64,000 nucleotides of DNA from Tubulanus polymorphus (lineage: Eukaryota; Animalia; Nemertea), in contig NC_134028.1 of assembly GCF_964204645.1 (NCBI RefSeq), positions 1,612,001-1,676,000 on the forward strand. The letters run 5' to 3'. Below, piece by piece: positions 27,567 to 42,132 of this stretch. The translations under genes were made by a program, and so were the position numbers. The notes under the pieces were generated by a model. That model saw nothing but the letters and a program-made list of their open reading frames with translations, searched no databases and had not been told where the DNA came from. The first letter of the stretch is position 1. The number at the start of each line of letters is the position of its first letter.

Positions 27567-29229
27567 TTGCATAAAGTCAGTTTTAGCCATAGTAGTTTGA
27601 TTGACAGGCACGTTGTGCAAATAACTGGAAAATTAAAACCATAAATGGCCACTATTGATATCACAATGATCATCAGCAATGACATATCCTAATAAAGAAT
27701 GGCCATTAACCACTAAACATATACAATATAGAGTAGAGACCTTCATTGAAATCATTGAGACTTATAGCGAGCCATTGCATATGGACTATGTCGGAGACCA
27801 CCAACCGATACAAGTGTCCATAAATTATATTCGGTCAGGTATAAGGTTTCATATATGTTAAAAACGCAAGCACATATTTCCATATCATTTACATTCCATC
27901 TAAAGTGCAAATGCGCATAGATGATATAAATTTCAGGATTTTATCATTCAGCATCGCAGGCTCCTAAAGTATAGGGGCGGAAAACTGTCAATGAAGCTAT
28001 TAGCTGACTATATATATTATAGACCACGTCGAAATTAAAACAATTATCAAATCTCAGTTAATTATCAAAAAGTAAATACGAAAAAGCTGGAACCGTCCAA
28101 CAGTTTATCAGAACTATGAACATTTTCCTAAGACTTTTTCATTCAACATTTTTCCCCAAATTAAAAAAAAAAATCTCATTATCGAAACCGTTGCTAATCA
28201 TTTTTCTACTAAACTATCAGAATGACGGAGTAACTTACGTACATGTTTTGAATAAGGTATAAAAGCCATGACAATCCGACTAATCAAATGAAAATGCCTC
28301 CACTCGATACAGTATAAAGATGTTTGCGAATTGCCTTTGCAACAAGGGCACTTAAGTACATCACTTCACTGTACTCGTATCAAATTCAATATTCAAAAAG
28401 CGATCACCAGTCATTCATACCTTCGAACATATGTCGCGCTTTACGATATCGAACCGCGTCGATACAAGCATCTCGATAGATATAAAACAAGAAAAATGAG
28501 ATAGTTTGATAATCGGGATGAGTCCTCGACTTAACAAATAAAGGCCAAATCAGCGAAAATATCTTCTCAACTTTCATGTTTTTTTAGTTCAGACTTCTTT
28601 CCGATTGCATCGCTTTTTTTGTGTAACACATTACAAACAGACAGAATAATGTATCAAACAATCATTATACATCTGGGTAGAGGAAACAATATGCTTATTA
28701 TCATTCGATATCAAAGATTGGCGCGCGTCGCATCTGGACAACACAATTCAGAACTGAAATAACCTAAACCCGATTATCGCGAAGTGAAATTCCGGGGATT
28801 ATCGCGAGAAATATGTCGGAAATATCGATATTTGAGAATTGAAAAGATCTTTAATTTCGAGAGGGACGAATGTTTTCACAAGTGAGAAAAGAGGAAACTT
28901 TTTTTTTGAAACAGGTTTCATACCGATTGAACCCGTCGACGATCGCAGCTGATACTATCTGTGAGTTGAGTTATTAGAGCGCTCTCGGCCAGATTTCCAG
29001 ACAACAGCAGTTGACAACGTAGTAAACAATGACACTACGCATATAAAACAACCCGATATTTTTGTATAATTGATTAATGACGCCTGATACATTCCGCAGA
29101 TAAACAATCATACCGATATGAAGATTCACAAGATATAAACGGACAAAACCAATTGTACAGATATGAAATCATAGTTGTAGTCATTAGAGACTGTTATCGT
29201 ATTTCTCTATTCATTCCACTCTACTAACG

Positions 29230-29275
29230 GGATGTCGTGGATGTCGTGGATGTCGTGGATGTCGTGGATGTCGTG
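29230..29275. repeat. 9-bp tandem repeat x5
   Basis: (GGATGTCGT)5. Confidence 0.9.
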
Positions 29276-32200
29276 CGAAGCGTCTGCCAATTGTTCACAG
29301 ATGTTCTACGCAATTCGATGACATTTTTTCGATTTTGTCTATAGAAAAATACGATAAAATCTGGGTGATTTTTTCTCCTCTAATTATGGGTATAATTTCG
29401 CTAACAACCAACCTTAACAGAATATGAAAATCATTACATAGCCAATTAGAGTAAAGAAATTTAGCCAATTACAAAATAAATGTCAATTTTCACTATTATC
29501 ATAATTGTTATTTCAAAACGCCAATATTGATGACATAGTGCATAACATTTCAATGCAGAACCCCTTAAATAACTCATAGTAGGTATCGATCTATTCATAT
29601 ACCTCAAAAAACCACAGCGTTAAGATTATTAAGGGTCATTTTCAAATGGATATTTTGACATTTGGATATTTTAACTCGGATCACATATACAAAGATGTTC
29701 ATTCATTCATTAATTCATTAATTCATTCATTCATCCAGTGTTTGAGATGTTTATAGTAGTAACCGTGCTGGCTCGCAGTAATGAGATGATATGACAACCG
29801 GCGCTCATGAGATGATATGAAAACCGGCGCTCGTGACTGTATGGTCCGATTACTAGAAATATAAGAAGTCTAATAGTAGAACGTCTATGAGAGCTAAGAC
29901 GACACAGACTCGTGAGGAACTCGTGAGGAACCCTACGGCATGTCAGTTGATAATAATGAACCTTGAGAACAGGTAGCAATTAGACGTAGATATGACATCA
30001 CCGCATGCACGAGATTAGCCAAATTTGTCGGCAGGTATGCAGCTTTCAAAAGGCTATTAACGGGCAAATAATCTCAAACAGCGTTCCGACTGATCGGCAC
30101 CGGCGTGCCGAAACTTATCCCCATTCATAACGCGACATCGAAATGAATAATCTGAGAAAAATCGCCGTAAAATATCAACCGAAATCAATCGTCTAAAAAT
30201 CAATTCATTTCACACGGTTGCAAACATAGAATTGTGGGGTGAAATATATCTTCAGCTAGAGACGGACTCGGTTGAACTGAAATTCAGGAGTCACAATCAC
30301 ATCCCTCAGCACACTTAGCAAAATACAGTGAAAATCTACTCACTGATGATATTTGACCGGTGTATCACAAGTTTTACTATAAGCCGCAATCTTACCAGCG
30401 TTTTGACCCAAATCTAACCCGTACTAGATTAGGCCCGGGCCTACTGATGCTAAATGTGACCCACATCTGTTTCACAGAGGCCATATTTGACCCGGCCCGA
30501 CCTAAAATGTAGGACCAAGCCAGTGCTCAATTTTAGCATAGGTCAAATGATTCCATGTGAATGCTACGTCATTGTTTCGATAGCATTTTAGAAAAGAGTG
30601 AGTTCTCTAACACTGGCCATATCATCACTGCGCAATAATACGTACTTTTAACTAAATTAAATAAAACAGTTTAACCGTGAAATATCATTGTAATTGTGTA
30701 TGATTTAAAATGATTGCTACATATTGTCCGATTATTTCACTCGAGACCCCGACAAGACCCTGACGAGACCCCGACGAGACCATGACGAGGCACCGATGAG
30801 GACCCGATGTTGCCTCAACGATGAGTTTGATCGATTATATATTATTATATTCACGCCTCGTTCCGCGGGTGAAGAGAAAAAAACCGTTCAGTTTTTGTTC
30901 AATCGTGATTAATGTGAGAATTTAAGCTGAATACGGTTCGCGAAATTTATCATCATAAATATCCAGCGCGTCTGGCATCCGGTTTCTGCGACACAACGAC
31001 AACAGATAGAATTAATCAAATATACCATCAGAAATAATGCATCATTTATTAACGGGTAAAAAAAGACCCGAGCTGAACGGGTTATAGAGCTGATCATTAC
31101 GAAGGGAAACAGGTGACGATTCATTTAAAGACGTTCCATCGAATTCTACATGAAACAATTCATACTGTTGATGATATAGGATAAAATCCAACGATACAAT
31201 AGATCAATCAGTCGGAACTTTCGCCTAGAACAACCGTTAACACCCCGTGTTAGGTCCAGATCAAAACATATCCGACCCGACCCGAATTTTAGCGCGGGTC
31301 AACCTATTGACGTTAGTCAAGGATCAAATTTGACTCGGGACAGATCAGTGCGAATTTATCCCAGGCCAAATCTTCTCCATGTGATCACGACTATAGATCC
31401 GATTAGAAAGGGGGAAGAGGGTTCATATAGATTAAAGGGTCTCATTAAATATCATCGATTAGATTTGATCAATTCTCGACGGACAAAAAGTCACACGGTC
31501 AATATATTTCTATGAACACTTCTTAATAGTCCTTCTATTTAACATAGAAAAGTGCGACAATTTTAAAATCCTTACACAGTATTCCACGATGCTGCATCCT
31601 GGGTTCAGAGCTCAGGTCGTTACTGATGACTGCTGACAGATGGCGATAGAAGCATCCGTGTTCACTGCTCTCTTCTATCAATCGATCAGTCATCAATATA
31701 AATGGTTTTCACGACAATAACTGAGTACCTGAGTACCTGAGTAACTGAGTACCTGAGTAACCGCTGCCATCATTCAGAAAAGAAAACACGGCCTAGTTAA
31801 AAACTGAAGCATTACTAAGGCACGTGATCATATGTTTGGCAGGGTCATTGTGTATTGGGGTGTATGAGCTCGCTCCTCTCGTATTCAGTTCTAGTCAAGA
31901 ATAAGAAACCTGATAAAACGCCGAGCTATAACTTGCTCGCGAGCTCATTAGCAATAACGTAAGCACCGGTGATTCGTCCGTTATGTCAAATTTAACAACA
32001 CGGATATTTAACCCTACATCGTCTGAATCTGGTTAGAAAGCGGTAGGGCGGATCTAGAATGTTTGAAGAAGAAGAGATTTGCGGTGACAAGGACGATGAA
32101 GGGTCATAGCTATTCACTGAACTATATTTCGTATTTCTTTATTGTTTTATGTCTCCATCTTATTGTCCTCTGAGACTGTTTGTCTGTGTCAGAATGTGTT

Positions 32201-34901
32201 AATTGTTGTTTGTCTCACTGTCATGTCACTACTCGTCACCTTTGTTTTTGTATCATTTTCCATGTCTCAACCTGTCTGAATCTGTGTTATATAAATAGCT
32301 ATGTGTAAAAAGAAAGTCGAGTAGTCGAGTCCAGTTTTGGTATTCCAAACTGATAGTTCGCTCGTTACTCTTTCGCTCTGTTCCGGATTTCCGACGTCGA
32401 CCATTCTTCGAGAATAGGACTGAAAATAGCTTTGCTAAAATTTCCTGCATTCAAAATCATTCTGTAATTATTCCTTACATTTTTGCTGTTCAAATGACAC
32501 TTGATTGAAGCAAGGGGTCCACACCCGCTAAACCCACCCCTGGACCGTTTTTAATTAAACCGGATTCAAAATTCAATCAATTTTCAAAGTATCATTAATG
32601 AAAATGACAAGAAACAAGTGTCTGATTATCGAGCCCTAACCAGTCCTCCCAATAGTTCATAGTTTATAAATATAAATATTCTTATACATTTGTGTACATA
32701 TAACATTCGCCATCGATACTCGACATGTCATTCATATATATCAACTATTTGAACATCCTCTAACTCGGAAAAGACTCTCTAAATATAGACGCGTATATAT
32801 ACAAAATTCAATAGTCTTCACAGAACTTTCAAAGACAGCACGCTGAGACTATTTCACCAGTTATAATAGCAATGACAATAGATCGAACGCTAGTGATCAG
32901 TTAACTAACTATATCAGCGAGGTGGATGCGATTGATCTGACACTGGCTCAACGCCCGACGCGAAAATTGTTTATAACTTATTATTGATGATATGCGATGA
33001 CTCTTAGCTGTAAAGGGACACTTATAACAATGGAATAATTCATCGGAGAATTGTTAACAGTTTGATACGAAACCATTGACAACAGGACAATTAACGGTGA
33101 TCATGAGCGTTGTCTTAATCCTAGAATTAGAATGAATCAACAAAGATTGCTCTTAATCCACAAGTGGCCCAGGATCAGACCTGAGTTTAATTTGGTCAAT
33201 GTCTGATTAGAGAGTGTGTCCACATGTAAACCATTTATTCAATACTACACAACACTATGACAATGCGAGATCAGTCGCTTGCAGAACCTGAACCTGGTCC
33301 GAATGTCAATGAATGGCTAAACTTAATGAAGTTAAAACTGAGCTGGCTGAGCTGAACTAACCGTTCACGTATTGTACCTAAGCCGTACTACGTAAGCTAT
33401 GAGTCACTATTGCTGGATTTACAATCAATATCCCTCGATTAGAGATAAATGAAAAGTATTATCAATTGAATCCATCTAAACAGCAACATACATTCTAAAT
33501 ATGAAAGTTCGTTTAACTAATTACTCACTATACATAATATATAAATAATCCTCTATTAAATCAATTTAATTTGAAAGGTTAAAAGTCGGTTAGTAAGTAC
33601 AGGACATGATGGGTCGCCTCGTTCGAATAGCTCTACATAGTTCTACATAGTTCCTTACAGTTAATCCAAATCACGATTAACAAACGTTGAAATATTTCAC
33701 CACCTATAGATTAAGATATAGTAAACCTTGTTTGATACGTATAGTTAAGAGGAGGAACTCGTTAGCTTTTGGAGCTGAGACTTCCTTAGATAATAAAGAC
33801 CTGCGATTTGGTTAGAAGTCAATGGTTTGAAGCCCAAGACAGAGCAGACATCATGGGTCATCACGTTCAGAGTATGATCATGTCTTCAGTTCTAAAGAAA
33901 TTTGATAAAGAGTATGAACACGTCTTCAGTTCTAAAGTAATTTGATAAACAATGAGGAATGAAGTATTAGGGAGCTCCAATTCGACTCTAGGCCAAACTG
34001 GATTCACAGCAGACCTTTCCTAGTTTTTAAACACATGTTTAGAGTCAAGGTTGTGCACCATATCGTCCTCCAGAAGTTTTCAGTTTTACTCAGACGAACA
34101 GTCTATAGAAAGCAGTAAGCATGGTCCCTACCACCGATGTATTTATTGGCAAATTATGAAAAGCGTTGTCGCATCTGATATTTACACAAGAGTCAGCATC
34201 TCGTCGCGGCGCAGCACGGCATACTAGGCCAGTAATCTGTTCATTTCCGAAGTAATGTCAATTACCGCAATAATGTATGATATATACCACACCTAAAGAA
34301 TAGAACTGTGCTTATAAACACCGTCAGGATCGTGACTACAAGAAACAACCGAAATCATCATCATCACTTTCTGTCGACCCTCGAGATCTCGCCGATAGAA
34401 AACATCGTCAACGTCGTAGTGAAATATTGACTCATGACGACCGAATTCATTTATTACGATCAATAGATCTCCGTTTTCTAAAAGTCACGATGAAACCAAT
34501 GTGATTAACGTATTATTTTAGTTTCTATTTCTATCCGTTCGTAATTTCTCAATATCTCTATTCTATTTCCATATTATCGTTCACCGTCGAAAAATTGCAC
34601 GCATCGCCCGTTTCTTTGCGAGATAAAAAATAATAATAACGCATGTTTTTGCGCATTTTTTTTCTTACTTTCTCTCGCGGATTGTCACGAAAATTCATCG
34701 ATTAGAATGTGAAAATGCCCGCAGCAGTAGCACAGCATGTGGGTCGTATCGTTAGACCTATAGAGAGCGTATTGTGTAAACGTATCTTTAACCAGCTTAA
34801 ATAGATACATTTACCGTATATCCAACTAAACATTGACTGAACCTAATAACAAAAGGAAGAAAAATGACTCTCAAAATGGCATCATTGTTCGATCAATTTG
34901 T

Positions 34902-35146
34902 CAGGGTGGCCACTTGCTTTTTACCTGACTTCATCTGCTAATAATTCGATCAATTAACACAGTCAAATATGTAAAACATAGACGGAAACTGTTTGATTTT
35001 ACGCGCGATCTAAAACTGTGTCAACAAATATTCCCTGGTTTTTAGCTTTTTTTTCTAATATCAACTCTAGAGAATATTCACCGTCTTTCTTAAAGAAAAG
35101 AAAATTTCCTGACTTTTCCCTGTTTTCCTGGTAAGTCGAAGCCCTG
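34902..35146. mobile_element. Old hAT-like MITE
   Basis: CAGGGTGGCCACTT ... AAGTCGAAGCCCTG termini with subterminal TTTCCCTG-like repeats; no TSD seen. Confidence 0.45.
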
Positions 35147-36133
35147 ATTCATTATTCGCTAAGACTTTTTACACTTTTTACATCTAAAACAAGTGCTAAT
35201 CCATGTTTCGTACCTTAGACAATTTAGCACTCAGTAAGTCCTGTCCTTACAACTATGACATTAATTTTTGATAGTTCACGAATGCATTTTTAATGGATCT
35301 GATTTGTTCACGACTGTTAAAAGTCAATGCTACGGAATCCAGAAAAGCCGCTTCACTCGAACAGAGTTCAGATGACAAATTCCTCGATCATCGCTTTTGA
35401 ACGGTTCTTACTCGAGATTTGAAATAACCATCGGCTTCCGAATTAGGATTACGCGCGTGAACATTTTTTCGCGTGCTTCGACGACTAACATTTTAATCGA
35501 TCGAAAAGCGCCGACGACGACGAACGCCGCTCGAAATAGCAGGAAACAGCGGACGAATACGGATAGAGAAAAATAATAATAACACATCAAATTAAATTGA
35601 TTGCGATGTACTGTAAATTAGGTAATACATCGACAGAGTGAAATTAGGTAATACATCGACAGAGTGAACGTGGCTTATTAAATATGAACTAGGATTGCTG
35701 ATGGAAACCGCGTCGGATTATCGAAATGCGCTTCCTATGTAATGGGTATTAGAATTATCCGCCTTTCAAAATTCCACATTCCGTCGCGAAGTGTTAAATG
35801 ACAAAATATTCAGTAAAATTTAGCTTTTTAATAATTCATATTGAACGATATAAATGGTTTTGAAGTGTGTCGAATTTCGTGCGTGAAATGTGTCCAGATT
35901 ATGTCGAAACTCACATTACCAGAAAGAAAGTTTCAGTCAATGTTGCAAATACTTATTGCGCTGCTATCATCGTAATAAATTCATCAGGGATGTTTCTATC
36001 AATGTCGACTCGTTTAAGAGGTTAATGCTTCTAGTGCAGAACGAGATCGCAACATCACAATATTGATACTGAATACGTATCAATCTGCAGTGTCACACCA
36101 TTTTATCCCAAATTGGATAATTTTCCACAAGAA

Positions 36134-36525
36134 CCCCAGGGGCAGGCAGTAGAGCCAGCCTGCAGCTATAGCCCCAGGGGCAGGCAGTAGAGCCAGCCTG
36201 CAGCTATAGCCCCAGGGGCAGGCAGTAGAGCCAGCCTATAGCTACTTGTATAGCCCCAGGGGCAGTAGAGCCAGCCTGCAGCTATAGCCCCAGGGGCAGG
36301 CAGTAGAGCCAGCCTATAGCTACTTGTATAGCCCCAGGGGCAGTAGAGCCAGCCTATAGCTACTTGTATAGCCCCAGGGGCAGTAGAGCCAGCCTATAGC
36401 TACTTGTATAGCGCCAGGGGCAGTAGAGCCAGCCTATAGCTACTTGTATAGCCCCAGGGGCAGTAGAGCCAGCCTATAGCTACTTGTATAGCCCCAGGGG
36501 CAGGCAGTAGAGCCAGCCTATAGCT
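36134..36525. repeat. GC-rich minisatellite, 10 units of 34-44 bp
   Basis: CCCCAGGGGCA(GGCA)GTAGAGCCAGCCT(GCAGC|ATAGCTACTTG)TATAG variants. Confidence 0.95.
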
Positions 36526-39500
36526 ATTCGTACAACTACCAAACATTCCTATCCGCTTCTTCAAGATATCTGATACCAATTGAAAATTATAGAATTTCTC
36601 CATAAATGTAATTTACTCTTTACTATAACATTTTTAAGTTACAAAGACAGTTCGCTGTAGAGGTCAGGAACAAACACTTCAGCTGGCTGTTAATTGTTTC
36701 ATAAGGAATAAAATTGAATTTGATAAAGTTTCCAAAACTCAAGCCATCTAACCAGGACCATGTAACATAAGTCAGGAAAATAACTCGCGACGGATATTGT
36801 GACAGACCTTACCAAATCAATAAGTTCAAAAATGTTTCTATTTTTTCCTAATTTTTTAAAATCTAATGCACATATATTCTATGTTTAGCGGTAGTTGAAC
36901 TAACGCGCACCCGCGCGCGCGTGCAATAAAAAAATCAATTCCTTTCAATGGAATTGAGGAAATGGCAAAATAGATTAGACAGAGATATGATGAGCACGGG
37001 ATCCTGGAAAAAGTTCTTCTGTTTCCAAGCAACCGACCAATATAGTCATCAGACAATAGTATACTGTGAACTGAATACTTTTTGTTCCCCTGATATCAAA
37101 CTCAAAAACGTAGCCGCCGGCAATGGACGACCTTGCAGTATACCACTACTAGCAATAGTAATCAGTATTCCTTGTATTACGATGACTCCTGAAATTATTG
37201 AAAATATTCTTAACTTCTTCGAAGATATTACAAAATTCTGAACTTTCCTAAAAACAATGGATTATTCCAGCTTTGTTTTAAGCGATTGACAGCTTTAACA
37301 CTTCTAGAATTCTTCTCTAATTTTGAATTCAAGAATGCACGCGATATGGATTTTGAAGTAGGTCGATAGCTCTGGTTGACAGTGTTGGACATAACCAAAT
37401 TCTAAACTTTCCTAAAAACGACTGATTCTTCAAACCGCGCTCTAAAGCGATAAACGCCTTAGTCAGTTCGTCGTCTCAGCGTGTCGTATGATGATAAGCT
37501 ATTTTTCGGCGAATGTTAAATTTTCAAGAACATGTCAAATCAACATTGATCAAAAGAACTGAACAATTTCATCCAATTCAATATTGAAATTGGGTAAGAA
37601 AGCCGCTGGCAGTAGCCAAGCTGTGTCATGTTCCACACTGACTGCCAACGAATGAACAACGTTTGTTCATTTCAATGCACTGATTTTAAATGTACGTAAC
37701 ATACTAAGTTTTTTTTTGACTGGCAACTTACATATATATAAATCAGGGCCAGTTTGTTAGATTCGCTGTAGAACTAAGATAGTCTTAGACTGGTCCTAAG
37801 TCGACTAAGCCATGATCATGATCATGGAACCTTAAGAAAGCTGGACAAAATTTTGATTCTTTACAGCAGATCTGTAGCAGTCATTATCAACGACATCATT
37901 GTTTATTTTCTGTTTTTGTAACTGGAATCTCTGTCCATGTTTCTATCTATCGCATTTATGTCGGACACAAGAAAGCCAATGGAGTGATCGTGTAACTGCT
38001 GAATAACAAGTCAATCGTTTTAACTAACATGTTCTATCATATAAGGTAAGTTAAATTTAACAGTTGAAGATTTGACATTTCTTAAAAACATGATTTTCAA
38101 ATACTGAATGTTAGGAAAAGCAGGTGGTAAAAGTGGGATTTTTAATTCATTGACTGATATCAGATTTGGGAGACTGAGATTACATTTAGACCCTACTACC
38201 TTAGCATCTACGTTTGTAGTTTTCACCTCAATTCGACATTAAAAATAGCAGTTAAAAAGATGAACAAATTATTCTGATTTTGAGCATATCTTGATATCAT
38301 ATGTAGGAGAAATTAAGATCGTAGAGTAGAGGTAGTCAGGTGTGTTGAGTTTTGTTTAAGCAGAGTCACCGGGCATCACGTTTAACGCAGTTTTCAAATA
38401 GTTCAATCGAGTACGCAATTCAAACCGGATTAAATGATCGAACTGAACACAGAGTTTAAATAAATAAAAACATCTATAAACTGCTCGCATGGAGAGAGAG
38501 AGAGAGGAGAAAGAGAGAAAATCCACACGTATTCATTGCTCTCATTCTATCTTTCAATCCACATCAGACAAAAACAGCTTATGCTTTCAAATAATGTCAT
38601 CTCTTTAATATCATCAGCCATATTGGTAAAAATCGATAACTTCAGGTAACAGCAGCATCGAGACTGAATGTAGCAGTATTATATCTGTAGTAATGACGTA
38701 CACAATCGTTCTAGGTGATCAATTCATCCTCTAATGCACGCCGCCGCCGAGCGCGCTCTCTCTCTCTCTACTCTCTCCTCGCTCTCCTCTTACAGAACAA
38801 CGGCTAGTCTCAATCAACATACCAAACAACTGTAACTAGAAAATTATTATTTTTCTAGCCCATTAACGCCGGTTCAGCCGCAAAAAATACCGTCAGGAAA
38901 TGAAATCTAATTACGCATGCGTTTGAATTCGGCTTGTCAGAAGTTTCACTAGTTTCAGACCGATGTGCGAACAAACACTACGTGAACAATACTGATTATG
39001 AATGAAGGACATTTTAACCATTTAAAAGACTTTGCTTTCTGGCAATTTCAAGGATACAAATATTGTTTTTATCTGCTGATTAAATCACCAATATAAAGTA
39101 GTACGACGGTGAATAGTTCACGTGACTGAATCATTTATTGGCCAACAAAGAGAGTATGTGGTACCAAAATATTTCATGAATTTGGAAAATGATTCGTCAA
39201 CACTTCAAACGATATGTGACATGTGTTCTTCTGATATAATATTAAACCTGTTATGGTCAAGAAAAAACCAATGGACATCTTGAGCCGTGATCGCGTGAAG
39301 GTTTTCGACACGGGACAACTGTTCACACAGATGAGAAATGGGTCTGTACCCGGGTCTGTGGCGTCCGTGGCACGGGCTGAATAGAGCTCAACCAGGCCCT
39401 CACTCAATTTGAGCACGGGTTAAATCATAGCGTGTGACTGATAATAATTGTTTCTGGAAATGACTCACCTCACTTGCCACAACATCCATAAGCGATGAGT

Positions 39501-40002
39501 GAGTGTTTTACATGTTACATGCTCTACCAGCACGGACCAGTCTGGTCCAAACCAGTTTGACCCGAGTCAAATTATCTCAGCGTGTTTGCGGCCCCGGAAT
39601 AATAAGATATACGTAATATAGATTAAACAATGATCGGTTTATAACGGAGTAATAAAATCAGTTATTACATCTGTTACATTGAACACGTGGCGCACGTGCT
39701 GCTGTCAGCTCTTTGTCGTTATAAATGTAAGCACCATCTTAGAGTTAGACAAATATCGACAAATCTATTATAACTCAGTCATTATCCTTATCTAACAGTG
39801 TCATACACAACCGATTGAGGCTATATACACCTAGACGTGTCTGAATCGGTGGAAATAGGAAACACAGGATCGACCGATCTAATAAATTGCTAAAAACCCC
39901 CAGTTCAAGAGCTGCCAGTTTTTTAAAACAGTAAAAACAAGCTCTTCAAAAGAATGGAATGAAAATCCATAAAAACGATAATAATACAACAGATAATCAA
40001 AG

Positions 40003-40734
40003 ATATTCCTATAAACTAGCTCCAGGAATATTCCTGTAAACTAGCTCCAGGAATATTCCTGTAAACTAGCTCCAGGAATATTCCTGTAAACTAGCTCCAG
40101 GAATATTCCTATAAACTAGCTCCAGGAATATTCCTGTAAACTAGCTCCAGGAATATTCCTATAAACTAGCTCCAGGAATATTCCTGTAAACTAGCTCCAG
40201 GAATATTCCTATAAACTAGCTCCAGGAATATTCCTATAAACTAGCTCCAGGAATATTCCTGTAAACTAGCTCCAGGAATATTCCTATAAACTAGCTCCAG
40301 GAATATTCCTGTAAACTAGCTCCAGGAATATTCCTATGAACTAGCTCCAGGAATATTCCTATGAACTAGCTCCAGGAATATTCCTATGAACTAGCTCCAG
40401 GAATATTCCTGTAAACTAGATCCATGAATATTCCTATAAACTAGCTCCAGGAATATTCCTGTAAACTAGCTCCAGGAATATTCTTGTAAACTAACTCCAG
40501 GAATATTCCTGTAAACTAGCTCCATGAATATTCCTATAAACTAGCTCCAGGAATATTCCTATAAACTAGATCCAGGAATATTCCTATAAACTAGCTCCAG
40601 GAGTATTTGTATGAACTAGCTCCAGGAATATTTGTATGAACTAGCTCCAGGAATATGTGTATGAACTAGCTCCAGGAATATTTGTATGAACTAGCTCCAG
40701 GAATATTTGTATGAACTAGCTCCAGGAATATTTG
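40003..40734. repeat. 25-bp minisatellite, ~29 copies
   Basis: Unit AAACTAGCTCCAGGAATATTCCT[A/G]T containing the palindrome AGGAATATTCCT. Confidence 0.95.
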
Positions 40735-41981
40735 AATAGTGTTTCTGCATTGTTCACCTGATATAAATTGTTTTTCAGATTTTTCAGATTTTGATTATAC
40801 ATCTTTAAGAAAGTGAACATTTGTTTGGGATGAAATAATAACCTCTCACTTTCTAATGAACATAAAAATGTGATTGACACGGTAGGTTTTAGGACCACCT
40901 CCCTGGTCCAGCTGAATCAAACTACAGATTTGGGTTTGAAACTGCTTAGCGAGGGTCGGGAGGTTTACAATTCGACTTACCAATGAAAGTGCATCGGCAG
41001 TTTGATAACCATGCGGAGAGTAGACAGGAAAATATCCCTACAAAGAATCAAACATAAAAACAACATAAACACAACACTGAATTTTTACAACAAATATGAG
41101 TAGTGAGTGCAGCGTCATATCGAACCTCGCAGCCCAGTTTAACAAAGAAGTCTATCCCTTATTTCCTTTGTAATTTAGTTGAAATTTAATCGATTGAAAA
41201 GTGTCGAGTTTTTTATTGTACTTCTTTGTGAAACTGGACTCTGTGGTAGCTGTGTGCAAGGTGAATGTGATCATACTAAAAGAAAAGAATGATGACAAAA
41301 GCGTTATTACAATGTCGGTATATATAATCCCGCTGTCAATATATATATATATATTACTACTCGACGACCTTGGTAGTATCAGAATTTGACACCTCAAATA
41401 GTAGGATCTAATTGACGATGAAATCAAAACCATTCTGATTTTTAAAATTTCTCAACATTTTTAGTAGTTATCGAGCTTTCAAAAAGAGAGTAGCAACTAC
41501 TCTCAAATAGCAGTAGTTAGGTACGTTCTCTGTGATGAGAATTTCTCTCTGATTATCGTAAAAAATCTAGCCCTAGATCTATACCGAGGAAAAAACTCAG
41601 CACGGTTCATAGATATTGTGCGTAATGTAGCCCAAATCTCAGCTCTGCAACTAAAGGTTAATTTTTACGGCACCTCGTCGGTTGTCGGTGGCAGTGAGTG
41701 AGTATAGAAACGATCGCACAGCCATATATTCAGCACTGAATTAACCTGAGTTATTACCAAGGATACCATCAATAATAATAACATTCATTTATTCCACAAA
41801 TGAAAATCGTCTATGATCACATCACATCAGATCGGCTGCTGTGGTTTTTATAGATAAATCACAGCAACGGGGAGACCACTCTTCATTTTCATTCCACACT
41901 GAATCGGGTCAAATAGATTAGACAGGAACTCAACTCAGTTGATCTTCATTCAAACCCACTATGAAAAACGATAAATTCCTG

Positions 41982-42132
41982 GACCCGGTTTCATAGACCA
42001 AGTATCTAAGTTATCCCTAGGGATAACATCCCTATCCCTACCCGGATGACAACCAACGTACCATGGTTATAACAGACAAATTTCAAAATGTTCCCAGGGA
42101 CTATTTTTCTTCCACATCTATGAAACCCAGCC
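41982..42132. mobile_element. Short MITE
   Basis: GGTTTCATAGA ... TCTATGAAACC inverted ends; internal 18-bp palindrome GTTATCCCTAGGGATAAC. Confidence 0.55.

Noticed and set aside
27239-27685. ORFs with YIYIYI runs (also 61893-62075)
   Set aside because: Artefacts of (TA)n microsatellites.
32060-32400. Possible solo LTR or antisense TATA promoter (TATAAATAG ~32290)
   Set aside because: No TG..CA ends with TSD identified; TATA-like words are common in AT-rich DNA.
33755-33850. tRNA/SINE-like head (GGTTTGAAGCCC, B-box-like)
   Set aside because: No cloverleaf or clear A-box; too degenerate.
38020-38226. 68-aa minus-strand ORF in a CpG-poor patch as a possible cassette exon or TE fragment
   Set aside because: No recognisable homology or supported splice-site pair.
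42018-42028. TAGGGATAACA resembling an I-SceI site
   Set aside because: Only the first 11 of 18 bp match contiguously, and it is half of a palindrome within a MITE.
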